DNA from: a virus
Taxonomy: Duplodnaviria > Caudoviricetes
IMG/VR virus record: IMGVR_UViG_3300037400_001273
Span: 12,034-76,033 of that record
DNA length: 64,000 nt
Reading direction: 5' to 3' (one strand)
Shown here: one piece after another, positions 1 through 12,300 of the stretch
Layout: each line of letters opens with the position of its first letter
Position numbering within the stretch: position 1 is the first letter of the stretch
Program-made: the position numbers and the translations under genes
The notes under the pieces: generated by a model
Databases searched by the model: none
Told to the model about the DNA's origin: nothing
Seen by the model: the letters and a program-made list of their open reading frames with translations, nothing else

Positions 1-534
1 AAGAATGTTTGAATTAGTAAGTGCTTTATATCTATTTTTATTTTGTAAATATTTATCAATAGAAATTTGACTTACTTTTCCTTCACTATCTGATACTAAT
101 ACTCCTCCAGAATCAGTAACAGCAATTTCATTTAATCCGCCGTTTTGGTCTAGTGTTTTCTTAATTTCATCATATTTCTTTTTACTAAAATTAGCAATTT
201 TAATTCCTAATAAAGTATTAGCATATTGACTTGCAATTTGACTAGTACTTCCAAAAAGACTATCTGATGAACCAAATAAACTAAATCCAGAATCTGAATT
301 TAAGGCAGATATTAAGCCAGATTGAAGAACTGTCATATCTGAAGGAAGTCCATCTATTTTATCTAATGATTTAAGTATATCTTTATCAGTTAAATCATTA
401 GATTTGTTACTAGCACCAGAAGCACGAGTAGCACGTTCTGGCTGTGCTACTGTGCCACTAGGTGTAGTGACCGTTACAGGTCTATAATACTAGTATGGAG
501 GCAGCCCTCCACCTTGCTATAATTTAACAATCAT
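1..534 (-). CDS. Large cargo-like virion protein, 5' part (runs off window); TAG=Gln
   Basis: ATG at 534 overlaps the TGA of the upstream gene (ATGA). Reads MIVKL(TAG)QGGGLPPY(TAG)YYRPV... and is open to position 1 with no TAA/TGA. Missing from the ORF track. Confidence 0.8.
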
Positions 535-3500
535 TTCCAATTATTCATTAATTTGTTAAGAATAGCTTTAGTAATAGCACTACTATCACCAATAGCTCTC
601 TATGTAGTTTTTATACCTTCTAAAATTCTTTTATCGAATCTTCTATTATCATCAATTCTTGCTTTAAAGATGTTATCATAAATTGTTCCACCTTTTGCAT
701 ATTTATTAGTAGAATAAGAGTAAGGAGTTGTAGAAAGTTTTAAATCATCCCAATTTACTCCGTATCTATTTGCAGAGTAACGACCAATTTGATTATAAGC
801 ATCAACTTGGTATCTATTTTGGATAATTTCCATATCTTTCTTAATTTTATTAGCTTCTGCTGTATCGTTTGCTTTAATAGCAGCATCATATTGACGAGAA
901 AGATTAACAAAATCTTTATCAGTCTTCATTTTATATTGAGCTAATAACATTGCTTGTCTTTGATTCCACTGTTCTTGCATATCAGCTACTTGCTCTTTCT
1001 TCATCTCAGCTTTTTGTTCCTCGTAATCTTTTTTAGCTTCATTCTTAGCAAGTCTTTGACGTAATTCTAATTCATATTTATCACTTAAAGCATTACGAAC
1101 TTGTGAGTTAGCTGCATCACGACCATTAAGAATATCTATGTCCATATTCTTTTTATTAATAAGTTGAGCATTGTTAAAGTTACCTGTTTCAACTTCTTGA
1201 GCGTGATTGTAGTTTCCAACTTCAACAGCTTTATCAGCATAAGTTTGACGTTTTTCATCAGCTTTAAATCCAGCTTCTTGTTTTAGCTTAGCTGCATTAC
1301 GAGAAGCTTCAAGTCTTGCTAAAAGACCTTGTTCTGTATTTGCAGTAGCATTTTGGATTTGTCGACCTTGTGTAGTAACTTGTCCTGCATTTTGTTGTCC
1401 ATTTGCTAATATATTGTAAACATCAGCAGTTGGAGCAACCATACTATTAGGATTTTTTAAAGGAAGTTGCTTTCCTAAAGCTCTATCAGCTAATAAATTA
1501 TTAGTTCTAATAGTATCTAATGCTGTTCTTAATGCAAGTGCTTCAGCACCTAAGCGTGTTGGATCAAATCCATTAGGTTTAATTAGATTTGGTTTAGTAA
1601 CAGTAGGATTATTTTGTGGTTGTGGTTCAACAGTTGAAGGTTTTATTTCTGATTTAGGAGTTTCAGGAGTAGGTTGAGGTTCAGTTTTAGGAGGTAATAA
1701 ATGGAGTGTTCCATCATCTTCTTTATAAACTTGATATTCAGAACCATTATTTAATTTTACAGTATGTGTTCTGTTTTGCTTTTCAAAGTCATCAAGATCA
1801 GCATATTTTTTATCATAGTTATCAGCAACTCTGTGAGCTGTTGTACTACCTAAAATATCTTCTATATTAACATTATATTTTAATTCTCCTACAAAAGGAT
1901 CATTTATAGAATTATATAGTCTTTGATGGGCTTGATTATGTTTACTCCAACCTCTCTTATTATAAGGATAAACATCTTTATTTTTCCAAGAATTATTTAC
2001 TAATGTAATATCATTATTATAATCTGTTAAAAATTTATTTATATCCTCATATTTACCATTGTCAGAATAAGATTGTATATCACTTCTTAATCTTCCAATA
2101 TCTTTTAGATAATTTCGCATTACGCTATCAACATCTTGACCTGTTATATTTGTATGAGTAGATGTTGAATTTAATAATCCTCCGTTAGCTGTATTTTTTT
2201 GTTTTACAGTTTCTGGATATAAAGCTACATACGGATGTAAAATAGCATCCATATTTTCTCTATGATAAGTAGGTAAAGAATATGTTTCATCAATAGGTCT
2301 TGTTGTATATTCATTCCAACCTTGTTGCTTTTCTTTTTCTTCACGCATCTTATCCCAGAAATTACCACCTGCTTGATATTTTTGAACAATTTTTTCGAGC
2401 TTACCTCCATTTTTATACCATCCTCTTGTACGAGCAAGATTTTGCTGTGCAATTCTAATTGCATTATCAGGATGAACTTTTGGTCTCTGAGGTGGAGCAG
2501 TAGAAATTGATGGAGCAATAGGATTTTGAACAGGTGTCTGAACAGAAATAGTTCTTTGAACAGCAGTTGGTTTATAACCAAATGATGGTAAATGCATCCA
2601 AGATGGACGTTTTACATTTAAACTCATCATTCCTACTTCTGAAAGAGGACTTTTTTTATACATTGAACTATTATCAATTAAACTAAAGTCATATACAGGC
2701 TTTTGTCTAACTTTAACAGATTGATTCCAGAAATGTGTATTGTTTGTAGGTTTTAATAAATCTCCTCTTATACTACGACCGAATGCTATATCATCATTAT
2801 GACCCATTTGTCTAACCATTTGGTTCATTTCATCAGTTGTTTTAGCAGTTTTTAATTTGTCTAATTGTTGTTGAGTTAATTTAATATCACCTTTTTTACC
2901 TTGTATAACAATATCAGTTTTACCTGTATTTGCTGCATTTTTAACGGCTCTTGCTTTAAGAGTACTTGATCCAAGTTTAGTTGTATTAGCAACAGCAGTC
3001 ATTGCTCTAACAATAGTCATATAATCATCAACTGTACCTTTTCCAGCTTCAATTTTATCATATGCTTCTTTTGCAGCACCTACATCAGTTACAGAAGCAC
3101 CAACAGATAAAACCCAAGGAACAAAAGTTCTTACTCCTTTCCAAGCTTTTGTTAATTTACTTCCTGTACCAACTAAAGGTAAAGCACCAATAGCAGTCAT
3201 TCCTAAACCTTTAGCAAAATTCCAAGCTACATCACCTGCTGAATATCCTTCTGAAATATCAGCACCAGCTCTTGCTATATCAGATCCAATACCTTGAATT
3301 AAAGAAGCAGCATTACCATAACCAGGAACAAATGATGCTACAGCACCAGCTAAATCAGCAACACCAGAATAGAATCTTACCTTGTTAGCAGTATCCATAT
3401 TATCAAGTGCTTCTCCCCAATTATTTGCTTTTTTAGAACCATTTTCAATAGCCTTTTGAGGACGTCCTGATTCTTTTGCTTTTTCTTGTAATTGTTTTTG

Positions 3501-4991
3501 TTCTGCTTTACGACTATTTGCTATATCTTCTTGAATCATTTGGGCAAAACTAACTCCTTGGCGAGCCATAATAATTCCACCGTTTTTATGAATAGAAATA
3601 TTATTATTCCACCAATCGCGGTTAGCTTGTGATAAAATATCACTATCTGAAGTTTTCATTCTTCTTAATTCTCCAGAATTTTTATCGTATACCCAAGTAT
3701 ATCCTTTATTATAACGATTATATCCATTTAAAACGTATATTCCATTACCAATACGTTGTAAATTTTGTGTAAATCCATCTGACTCATTATCAGCATAATT
3801 AGACTCTATTTCAAGTAATGCTCTTAATTGACGTCTTATAGAAGGACTTGCACCATTCCAATAATCAATAAAACTTCTATTTTTACCACTCATTAACTTA
3901 CTATATAAAGCATGAACATTTTTATTAATTCCAAATGCTCCATAAGGATTAAGTTTTTGAGTTAAATAATTGTTAATATTAAATGATTGGTCACCCATTA
4001 AGCTAAAATTACGTGGTTTAAAATCTCCAGCAATTTCATTATACCAATCATTAAAATTAATATCATCAATTTCTTTTTGTATGTTTTTCTGATTCTGTTT
4101 AATTGCAGAATCATAACGTGCAGTTTCAACTCTCATGGCATCTTCTAAAGATACTCCAGGGTGTTGAGTCATATATGCTTGTGCTTGTGCTTTAATTGCT
4201 TCTTCTCTTGTAGGTTGTGCACCTTGTTCTGTAGATTGAGTTGGTTGTTCTGTACCATCTGCTAACCATGACATAGCTTGTGCACTTGTCATATCACCTA
4301 CATCCATTAATGCACGTATAACATTATCATTATATTCTCCTTTTTTAAGAAGATTGATAGCATCATTAATATGAGTTATTCTATCGTTTTTATCTTTATA
4401 TTTACTTCCCTCATAATCAATATCTTGTGTATCTATATCAGATTTTAATCTTTCAAGATATCCAGCTAAAGTATTCATTCTTTTAACTCTAGAACGAACT
4501 CCGTTACCATCAACTTCATCTTGATTTAGCCAAAGTTTAATATCTTGGTCAGAACCTGTATAGTTTCCACCATAGAAATTATTATTTATGATGTTACCTA
4601 AAGCACCTCTTGTATCTTCAAATTTAATTCCTTTTTTCTTATCTGCTTCTCTTTGAGTATCCATTCCCGTAGAAAGCTCCCAAAGAAATTGAGCAGCTTT
4701 TCCATAAGGATCGTTTGGTTGTGAACTATTTGATAATTCTCCTGTCTTATCAATTAATTCTCCATTTTTACTCATAGAACTAATATCTCCTTTTTCGATA
4801 CCTTGTATTATTTTATTAAAAGCATCATTAGCAGAAACTTCATCGTCTCCAGAGATATTATAATTTGATTTAAAGGTGTTCCAATTCTTTTTAGCTAAGT
4901 AAATAAAATCGTTTTTATTTACGTTTCTACCTCCTATATCAAAAAGTTCGGTAGTGGAACCACCTTGCTAAAATTTCTTTACTTGAGCCAT
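531..4991 (-). CDS. Large cargo/ejection-like protein, 1486 aa with TAG=Gln
   Basis: Track ORF 600..4775 extends in frame through TAG at 4968-4970 to ATG 4991 (MAQVKKFQQGG) and through TAG at 600-602 to TGA 531-533. Has a Gly/Ala-rich hydrophobic helical segment and a coiled-coil C-terminus. Cargo role is inferred from position and composition. Confidence 0.75.
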
Positions 4992-4999
4992 ATTAAATG

Positions 5000-5032
5000 A
5001 AAAAGGAGCACACATTGTTAGTGTGCGCTCCT
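5000..5032 (-). terminator. Rho-independent terminator
   Basis: Minus strand AGGAGCGCACAC-TAACAAT-GTGTGCTCCT followed by TTTT, immediately after the stop of 5040..5393. Confidence 0.75.
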
Positions 5033-5039
5033 GAATAAA

Positions 5040-5393
5040 TTATTTTTTAATTCTCTTAACTAAAGTTCCACCTCTACGGTAAACTGGTTCACCAGCTTCA
5101 GCGGCAGAAACTTCATCAGGTGCACCTTCAGCACCACCACCTTGTGCTTGCTGTAGTAACTGAACAAATACCTGACATACTTGCATAGCTGCATTACAAT
5201 CTTGTGATTGTAGTGCTTGCATAGCCATTTGTGCAATCTGCATCATTGGATCTTCTCCGCCTTCTGGTGCTCCTGCTGGTGCTCCACCCTTCACAGGTGC
5301 TCCACCTGCTGCTGGATCCTGTGGAGGCATAGCTCCACCTTGTTGGAATTTATTAATTCCTCTGTTGTTATTAAAATTTACTTTCAGTTTCAT
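5040..5393 (-). CDS. Small Gly/Ala/Gln-rich crAss-like protein (117 aa)
   Basis: Intact ORF between a promoter and a terminator. Carries NKFQQGG near the N-terminus and YRRGG near the C-terminus. Confidence 0.75.
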   Translation of the reverse strand: MKLKVNFNNNRGINKFQQGGAMPPQDPAAGGAPVKGGAPAGAPEGGEDPMMQIAQMAMQALQSQDCNAAMQVCQVFVQLLQQAQGGGAEGAPDEVSAAEAGEPVYRRGGTLVKRIKK

Positions 5394-5435
5394 AATTAAT
5401 TATTGTTTAAATTTAAACTTTGTGATTTGAATATT

Positions 5436-5466
5436 CAAATATATGTAATATTTAAATTAAATCAAA
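5436..5466 (-). promoter_or_regulatory. Bacteroidota sigma-A type promoter
   Basis: Minus strand TTTG (5463-5466), 19-nt spacer, TATATTTG (5436-5443); matches the TTTG/TAnnTTTG consensus. Confidence 0.7.
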
Positions 5467-5503
5467 ATAAAATTAATTAAAATAAATTATTTAAATATGT
5501 ATA

Positions 5504-6094
5504 TCAATCCTCAGTTTTTTCTTCTTTCTTCTTTGCTGAGTCTACATATTCAACAGGTCTTTCATCTTGTCCTTTTAAAACCTTAAACATATATCTTCCG
5601 AGAGCTTTATAATCTTTGTCATCCTTACTTTTATCAGCTTTTTTAGCTTTTTTAATAAGAATTTTTGTTTCTCTTCTAGATACTATTCTTTCTCCACCTT
5701 GAAGCCACATTTGAACTGAACCATCTGGTGCAAGAACTTTCATAACACCTTCTGCTTCATCTTCTTCAAAAAGTAATTCATCACCTGGTTTAATTCCAGA
5801 ATTTATATTAACTTCAAGTACATATGCTACATCTTTTTCTTCGATATAGTCTAAAGATAAAGGTTTACCTTGTTTAACACTTATTACTTCTTGATCGTCA
5901 TTTATAAAAACTATATCAAGTGGTATATATGTATCTTCCATCCAATAAGCAACATCTTCTGGAGGATTGTGGTAAAATAACATTCCTTCGTCTTTTGGTA
6001 GTTCCTTAATGTCTTGTAAACCTTTTTCTCTTTCCTCTTCAGTCTTACACTCTTTAACTTTGTAAGATTTATTGCCTATTTTAATGTTAATCAT
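5504..6094 (-). CDS. DUF192-family protein with basic C-terminal extension
   Basis: Motif string EEREKGL...EGMLF...YWMEDTYIPLDIVFI...YVLEVN typical of DUF192. Confidence 0.8.
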   Translation of the reverse strand: MINIKIGNKSYKVKECKTEEEREKGLQDIKELPKDEGMLFYHNPPEDVAYWMEDTYIPLDIVFINDDQEVISVKQGKPLSLDYIEEKDVAYVLEVNINSGIKPGDELLFEEDEAEGVMKVLAPDGSVQMWLQGGERIVSRRETKILIKKAKKADKSKDDKDYKALGRYMFKVLKGQDERPVEYVDSAKKKEEKTED

Positions 6095-6100
6095 ATTTTA

Positions 6101-6544
6101 TTAACGTGTAAAGTTACGTCCGTGTAATGCTTTATTCATTTCACCGTTAGCTGCTCTTTTTTCAAAATAGTTTTGAAGATCAGTTCTTTGATTTCCACCT
6201 TGTACTGGTTTAAGATTAGCATTAATATCATCTGTACCAGTTAGAGGTATTTCAGGTGCTTCAAACTGAATTCCTGCTAAAGCATCAGCTGGAATTTGAA
6301 CATTACGCTTAGCAGTCGGAACAGGTTGCTGTGCTATTTGTTGCTGAGGAACTGTAGGTTGTGCAGGTGATTGGTTATAAAAGTGTGCAAATGCTGGATC
6401 TATAGGTGTATACTCTTGCTGTTCTAGTGCCATCTAATTTAATTTATTCTTCCAATCAGCAGCAAGTAAAGCTTTTAAATCTGCATTATTAGGAACAACG
6501 AATCCTCCTCTTTGATGTCTTGGTATTAACTTTAATTTTGTCAT
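6101..6544 (-). CDS. Hypothetical protein, 147 aa with TAG=Gln
   Basis: Track ORF 6101..6433 extends through TAG 6434-6436 to ATG 6544 (MTKLKLIPRHQRGG), 4 nt from the upstream stop. Confidence 0.7.
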
Positions 6545-6547
6545 TTT

Positions 6548-9316
6548 TTAAATTGTTTTAATTAATCCTGTACGATCGTCTGTATTATACAAAATTTCAT
6601 CTACTAATAACTTTCCGGCTTCTAATTCAACTTCTTCTTTTTCTTTTTTAGAATATTCATAATCGCCGTGTTTTCTCTTTAGATCTTCAAGTTTTTTAGT
6701 AACTTCAAGTCTAAAAATTATCTCATTTAACTCTATTTCGGCTTGCTATTTCTCGTTATTATCAATAACGGGAATACCTTTTTTAGTTATATTATCAATA
6801 TCCATATGGTGTAATCTTGCATGAAGAGCACCATCTGGTATTACGTTTAAAGAACCTCCTTGTTTAAATTCAAGAGTTTCTATTTCTTGCTTAGGTTTGG
6901 CTTTATAAAAATCATTTCCATACCATAATATAGATTTTGGCTCATTATTATCCCAATATTTTTTCATATCTTCAAATGAATGTTGAGCCATATTAAATGG
7001 AGATGCTTTAAATATCCAACCTACTTCATCATTTCCTAACCATTCTCCGCCAAAATCTTCACCACCTTTTGATTCTTTAGAATAAGTATGATGTTGAGGA
7101 AGTTTGTAATAATCATTCATATGAGCATTGCCAGGGTTAGATAATTCTGCTTCTAACCATTTTGCTCTTAACTCTTCATCATCATAAAATCCTTTGTAAT
7201 CGAAATCAGGAGCAAATCGTCCTGTTTCTCTTAAATATTTTTGGAAAGAATCGAAATCTACAATAGATTTAGGATTTAATTTAGTTCCTTCCTAAGCAAT
7301 CTAAATCTCTCCTCCTTGTTTAAACTTTTCAAGAAGTCCGGTCCTATCTTCAGTATTATATAATATTTCTTCGGTAAGCAACTTACCCGCTTTAATAGCT
7401 GCTTCATCACTACCATCCTTTTTAAATTCCTCAATTAATTTAGTTACTTCTAATCGGAATATAATTTCATCACGTTCAATTTCAGCTTGTTGATCTCCTT
7501 CGTTATCAATTACAGGTACACCTTTCTTTGTAACATTATCAAGATCCATGTGATGAAGATTAGCGTGTAATGCTCCTTCTGGAATTACATTTTTAGTTTC
7601 TTCTTTTTCTTCTACAGGCTCTATTATTATAGTCTTTTTAGTTTCTATAATGATACGTGCTCTATCTAATTTATCTTTAAATGAATTAAGAATACCTCCT
7701 TTTTTAGAGAATGTTATATCTCTATATCCACCATTTAATAAATTATTAAGAGATTGAGCCTCAGTGCCAGTCATAGTTTGTTGTAAAGTCTTAACTCGTT
7801 CAGATTCATTAGAAATGTTTCTAAGAATGTTTTGTTGACGAATCATTTCTTGAATTTTATTCTCCCATTTATTCTTTTGACTTCTTGAAAATAATCCGAA
7901 CTTTTTACCAGCATATGGTTCTACTTCATCAGCTAAAGCATTAGAACCTAAATAAGAACCACCAATATTTGCAAATATATCAGTATCTTTTGTAAATGCA
8001 GAAGTAGATTTTCCACCAAATCCATTAATCATTCCAATTGGAGTAGCTTGCAAAAATGCAGAACCAAGTATTGCATCAGTTGTAGTCATACCATCAGTAC
8101 CACCACCCATTGCTTTAACTCCATGACCAAGTAATTTATTGCCAGCCATAATAGCTCCAGCTAATGTTCCAATACCCGGAATAGCACTTACACCCGCTTC
8201 AATAGCATCATAAGCTGTATCAAGTCCTTGTGTAATACCTCCTTTAACACCTTGATATTCAGTAGGTGTTTGATTACCAAATAAAGCAGTATCAGCAATA
8301 CTTGCACCAATTCCAGCTAAATTAGCAACATTAGTTAACTTAGCAGCTTTAGCTGCTTGTAAAGCCTTACCGGCTTCAGTAGCATCTTTAATGTTTTTAG
8401 CTGTTTTAATTGCAGTATTTGCAGATTTAATACCTTTAATACTATTAATAATATTCTTACTTTGTCCTATTAATTGACCTCCAGCACGAACTACAGAATT
8501 ATCAGATGTTCCAAGCATACCGCTTACGGCTCCTATACCTGTATCTAATAAACTATCTCCATTTATTCCACCACTTAAATTACTAAGTCCAGAAGAAATA
8601 GTACTATCTACAGTTTCATTTCCTGTTGATAATCCTGCTGCTTGAGCTGCTTGAAGACCTATACCAATATATTTACCATCAAGCATACCTTTATTTGGAC
8701 CAACCTAATCAATTTGTGTATTAATTTGTTCAGTTATTCCATCATTAGTTTGATTAATCGTTCCATTAATAGGTGCTGCAGATTTAGGATCTACTATCAT
8801 TTTATTAATATCATTTCCACTTAATTTAGGTTGAAAAGTATTAGTTTTATCAGGAGTAAATCCAACATCAAACAATGATGGATTTGTAATAACATTTGGT
8901 TGTTGATTTATTACACCTCTATTATTGGCTCTTTCATTAAAAGCATTAACATTTGGATCTCCTAAATCATATTTAGATAAATCCATTTTATTTATTTGCT
9001 CTTTTTGTTTAAGAAGAGCATTATCTTTATCATTTAAAAGCCACTTGTAAGAATTATCTTTTTTGTTGTAATCCTAAAGATATTTTTGAGCATTATCTGC
9101 AAGTCCTTGACCAAATTGTGCAATTCCTTGTCCAACTTGTTGAGCTTTTTGTTGTTCTTCAAAATACTTAGAATAATCAGAAGTTGCATCAAAGTTATTT
9201 GTTACATCTTCTGTATTAAACTATTGAAGATCCATCCAATTAAAATTAGAATTTATCCAAGGATTTAAATTGGAGGGGGTTTGAAAGCCCCCTCCGTTCA
9301 TATTTAATCTACTCAT
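6548..9316 (-). CDS. Cargo-like protein, 922 aa with 6 TAG=Gln and an internally duplicated domain
   Basis: Track ORFs 8705..8986, 7301..8686 and 6746..7120 are in one frame joined by TAGs. ATG 9316 lies 2 nt after the upstream TAA; ends at TAA 6548-6550. Confidence 0.8.
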
Positions 9317-9317
9317 A

Positions 9318-12300
9318 TTATAAAGATTGTGAATATATAGTAATTATCTTATGAATTAAAGCAAGTTTTTCACCTGAATAACGTATTCTAATTCGTATAT
9401 ATTTATCTCTTATTTTAGTTTGTTGTCTTGTACATTTAGTATCAGGATCACCGATTTCGTAAGTATATTGTCCACTTCCGTTTGTTTCAACATTCTAAAT
9501 TATAGGTAGATCACCCCAAGAATCAACATCAATTTCTTTATCTTTTAATGATTCTGGAATATCTAAATCATAATTAGTAATATTTGCTGGAATTGGAATA
9601 TTAGCAATACTTACAGGTACTTTACCATTCTTCCATGTTGAATTTATGATATTTCCTTGTTCGTCCACTCCATCATTTTCATTTTTCTAAACAAAATTGA
9701 TAGGAGATATTTGAACTCTCCAAGTATCGTTTTTATATTGCATATTACCTCTTAAACGATTTCCAGACCCCTTATCGACATCTATTGCTCTACTATGAAC
9801 CCACAAACCGTATTCATCTGTAACTTTATCATGAGTAACTTCTGTTCCAGTTAATTCATCATAATTCTTATTACTTGCAGTAATTTTCTTATATTGATCC
9901 TCAATCTCATTAAATGTATCTTGACGTGCTTCATACATTTGTGGTAAAATTGTAGATTTAGGATTTTGTCGTACTCCTTCATCTTCAATTTCTTTCCAAT
10001 CGTGGTCGTAAAGAATATCACTACCATTATACTGATATAATTCTTTTGTAGATTCTTGGCGAATATACATATTCTTTTTGTCATTAGCAAATTCTATGCC
10101 ATTTCCAATTATTTGATAATGGAATGATTCTGGCTCTGCATTATTTGATATAATTTGTAAATTATCAAATATTTTTTGAACCTCTGGATTATCATTTACA
10201 CAAAATTCTATTTCAAATGGATGTTGTTTTCCATACCAATGACAAGGTTTAATTTTTTCAGTAACATTTTGTAAACCTGCTTGACCATGTTTCCAAAAAG
10301 CACTCATTAATGAAGGTTTATTTTCATCATAAGGTTTTGTATTTCCATTATCATAAACAGATTTTAAACAAATAGCAATAGTATTATTATAATAATTTTC
10401 TTTTACTAAAGTTCCATTTAATAAACTCTTATTTTCATCTTCTACAGATTTTACTTTAGCTGAAATGTTAAGTAGAATTACAGGATAAGGATAATCATCT
10501 GGTAATTTATATTTTTGAACAACCATCCAAGGATCTCCTTGACTAGTGTCTACATTTTCAATAATTAATCCGTTATCACCATCATAATAATTTTGATTTC
10601 CTTCATTCATTATTTCAAATCCATTTTCATCTATAATATGTATTGTACCATCATCAACAGCAAAATATTTATAGTTACCAAATGGATCTCTTTCTAAAGT
10701 ATATTCTACTTTATATTTACCTTGAATATCTCTATTAGATAATTTTAAGAATCCAATTGGATATTCTGGGCAAACTCTACCTTCTCTATTAAAATCAATT
10801 AATGAATTATATTCTTCAGATTCATCATTAATAATGTTATTAGTTAAGGTAATTCCATCAGCAAAATCTGAATAACAATTACTTATTCCAAGTTTAGCAA
10901 TCCATTTAGATGTGTTTCTATCAAAACTAAAGAATTGATTGAATATATTTTCTGAATAAGAAGGAACCCAAGAATAAAGAGTTACCCAAATTTGTTGTGT
11001 TTCATTCCAACAAATATTCCATACTTTTTCTTCAAATCCACGTAAATTATCATAGAAAGTAAACATTACATCGTTTTTATAACCATTATAATGTGTTTTA
11101 ACATTTCTAATACCAATAAGAGGTGTTAATTCACGTTCACTTAATGTAATATTTTGATTTAAGAATTGTTGTATGTGTACATCAGAAATAGTTTGAACGT
11201 TAGGAGAATCTACTCCTACTCTCCAAATTTTCTTAGCAACTGTATCAACACCATAAATGTAATATGGAGTTTTTACAATACTTTCTTTCCATTGACTTCC
11301 AAATTTATCAGAAATAATTCTTGGTTCACCAATTACTTTATTAGCTCCAACATATACATTTTCTCCAGAAGCATTTTGTAAAAGAGCTTTTTCATTTACA
11401 GGAATACTTCCAATTCCGTGTTCAAATACAACTAATAATGAACCATTTGATTCAAGAATCTTTGTAATTGAACCATATTCTTTAGAATAATCTTGGAAAT
11501 GTCCTAATTCAAATACTCTGAAGTTATTACTATATGAATCATTAGAAGCTGGATTAGAATATAATATTCTACTTGAAAATTCATTCTTTTCAGCCGGAAC
11601 ATCAGCAGCTTCTATATACTTTTTAACACCAAATTCCTTTTGGAATCCTTTATTAAAGTATGAAGATTCTGGAGTTTTGTAAGAACCATCTAAATTTATT
11701 TTATATCGAGGATAGAATCCACGTCCATGTCCGATTAATGCTTTTTCATCAGAATGACTATCATCTACACCACGTATACATAAGTTTTTAGTAGAACGAA
11801 GAGTAAATGTAACCCAAGTTCCTAATCTTACAGCATTTAAATCACCAATATTAATATTAGCAAATTTATGCTTTTCAATTACACCGTCTTTAACTGAGTA
11901 ATTATCTTTCCAACATTTTGGATTAACAATATCATCATTAGTAGGTGCAGCTGGATCTTGGAAATTACGATTCATTCTATGTGTAAATTGACATATATAA
12001 CAATCTCCACGATATAAAACAAAGTTTTCATTTTCAGCAAAATCATTTATTTCTAATCTGTCAGAAATAGGGAAGAATGAAGAATTATCACTATATCTAA
12101 CATTGAAATATTCTTGAATTTTACTCTTACTATATCCTGGGATTTTAATATCATATAATGTCAATACTTTATTTTTGTTAGCACTTTGAACTCCTAAATA
12201 AGGACCCCAATTTCCTCTAACAAAGTTTGTTGCATCAGTCTTTTTATTTTCTTTAGCAATATATTCAAATCTCCAACCATCAGTTGAATTACCCGCTGTT

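Noticed and set aside
5504-5760. Similarity of the DUF192 C-terminal tail (QMWLQGGERIVSRRETK) to the duplicated cargo domain
   Set aside because: The resemblance is too weak to support by eye and would need a profile alignment.
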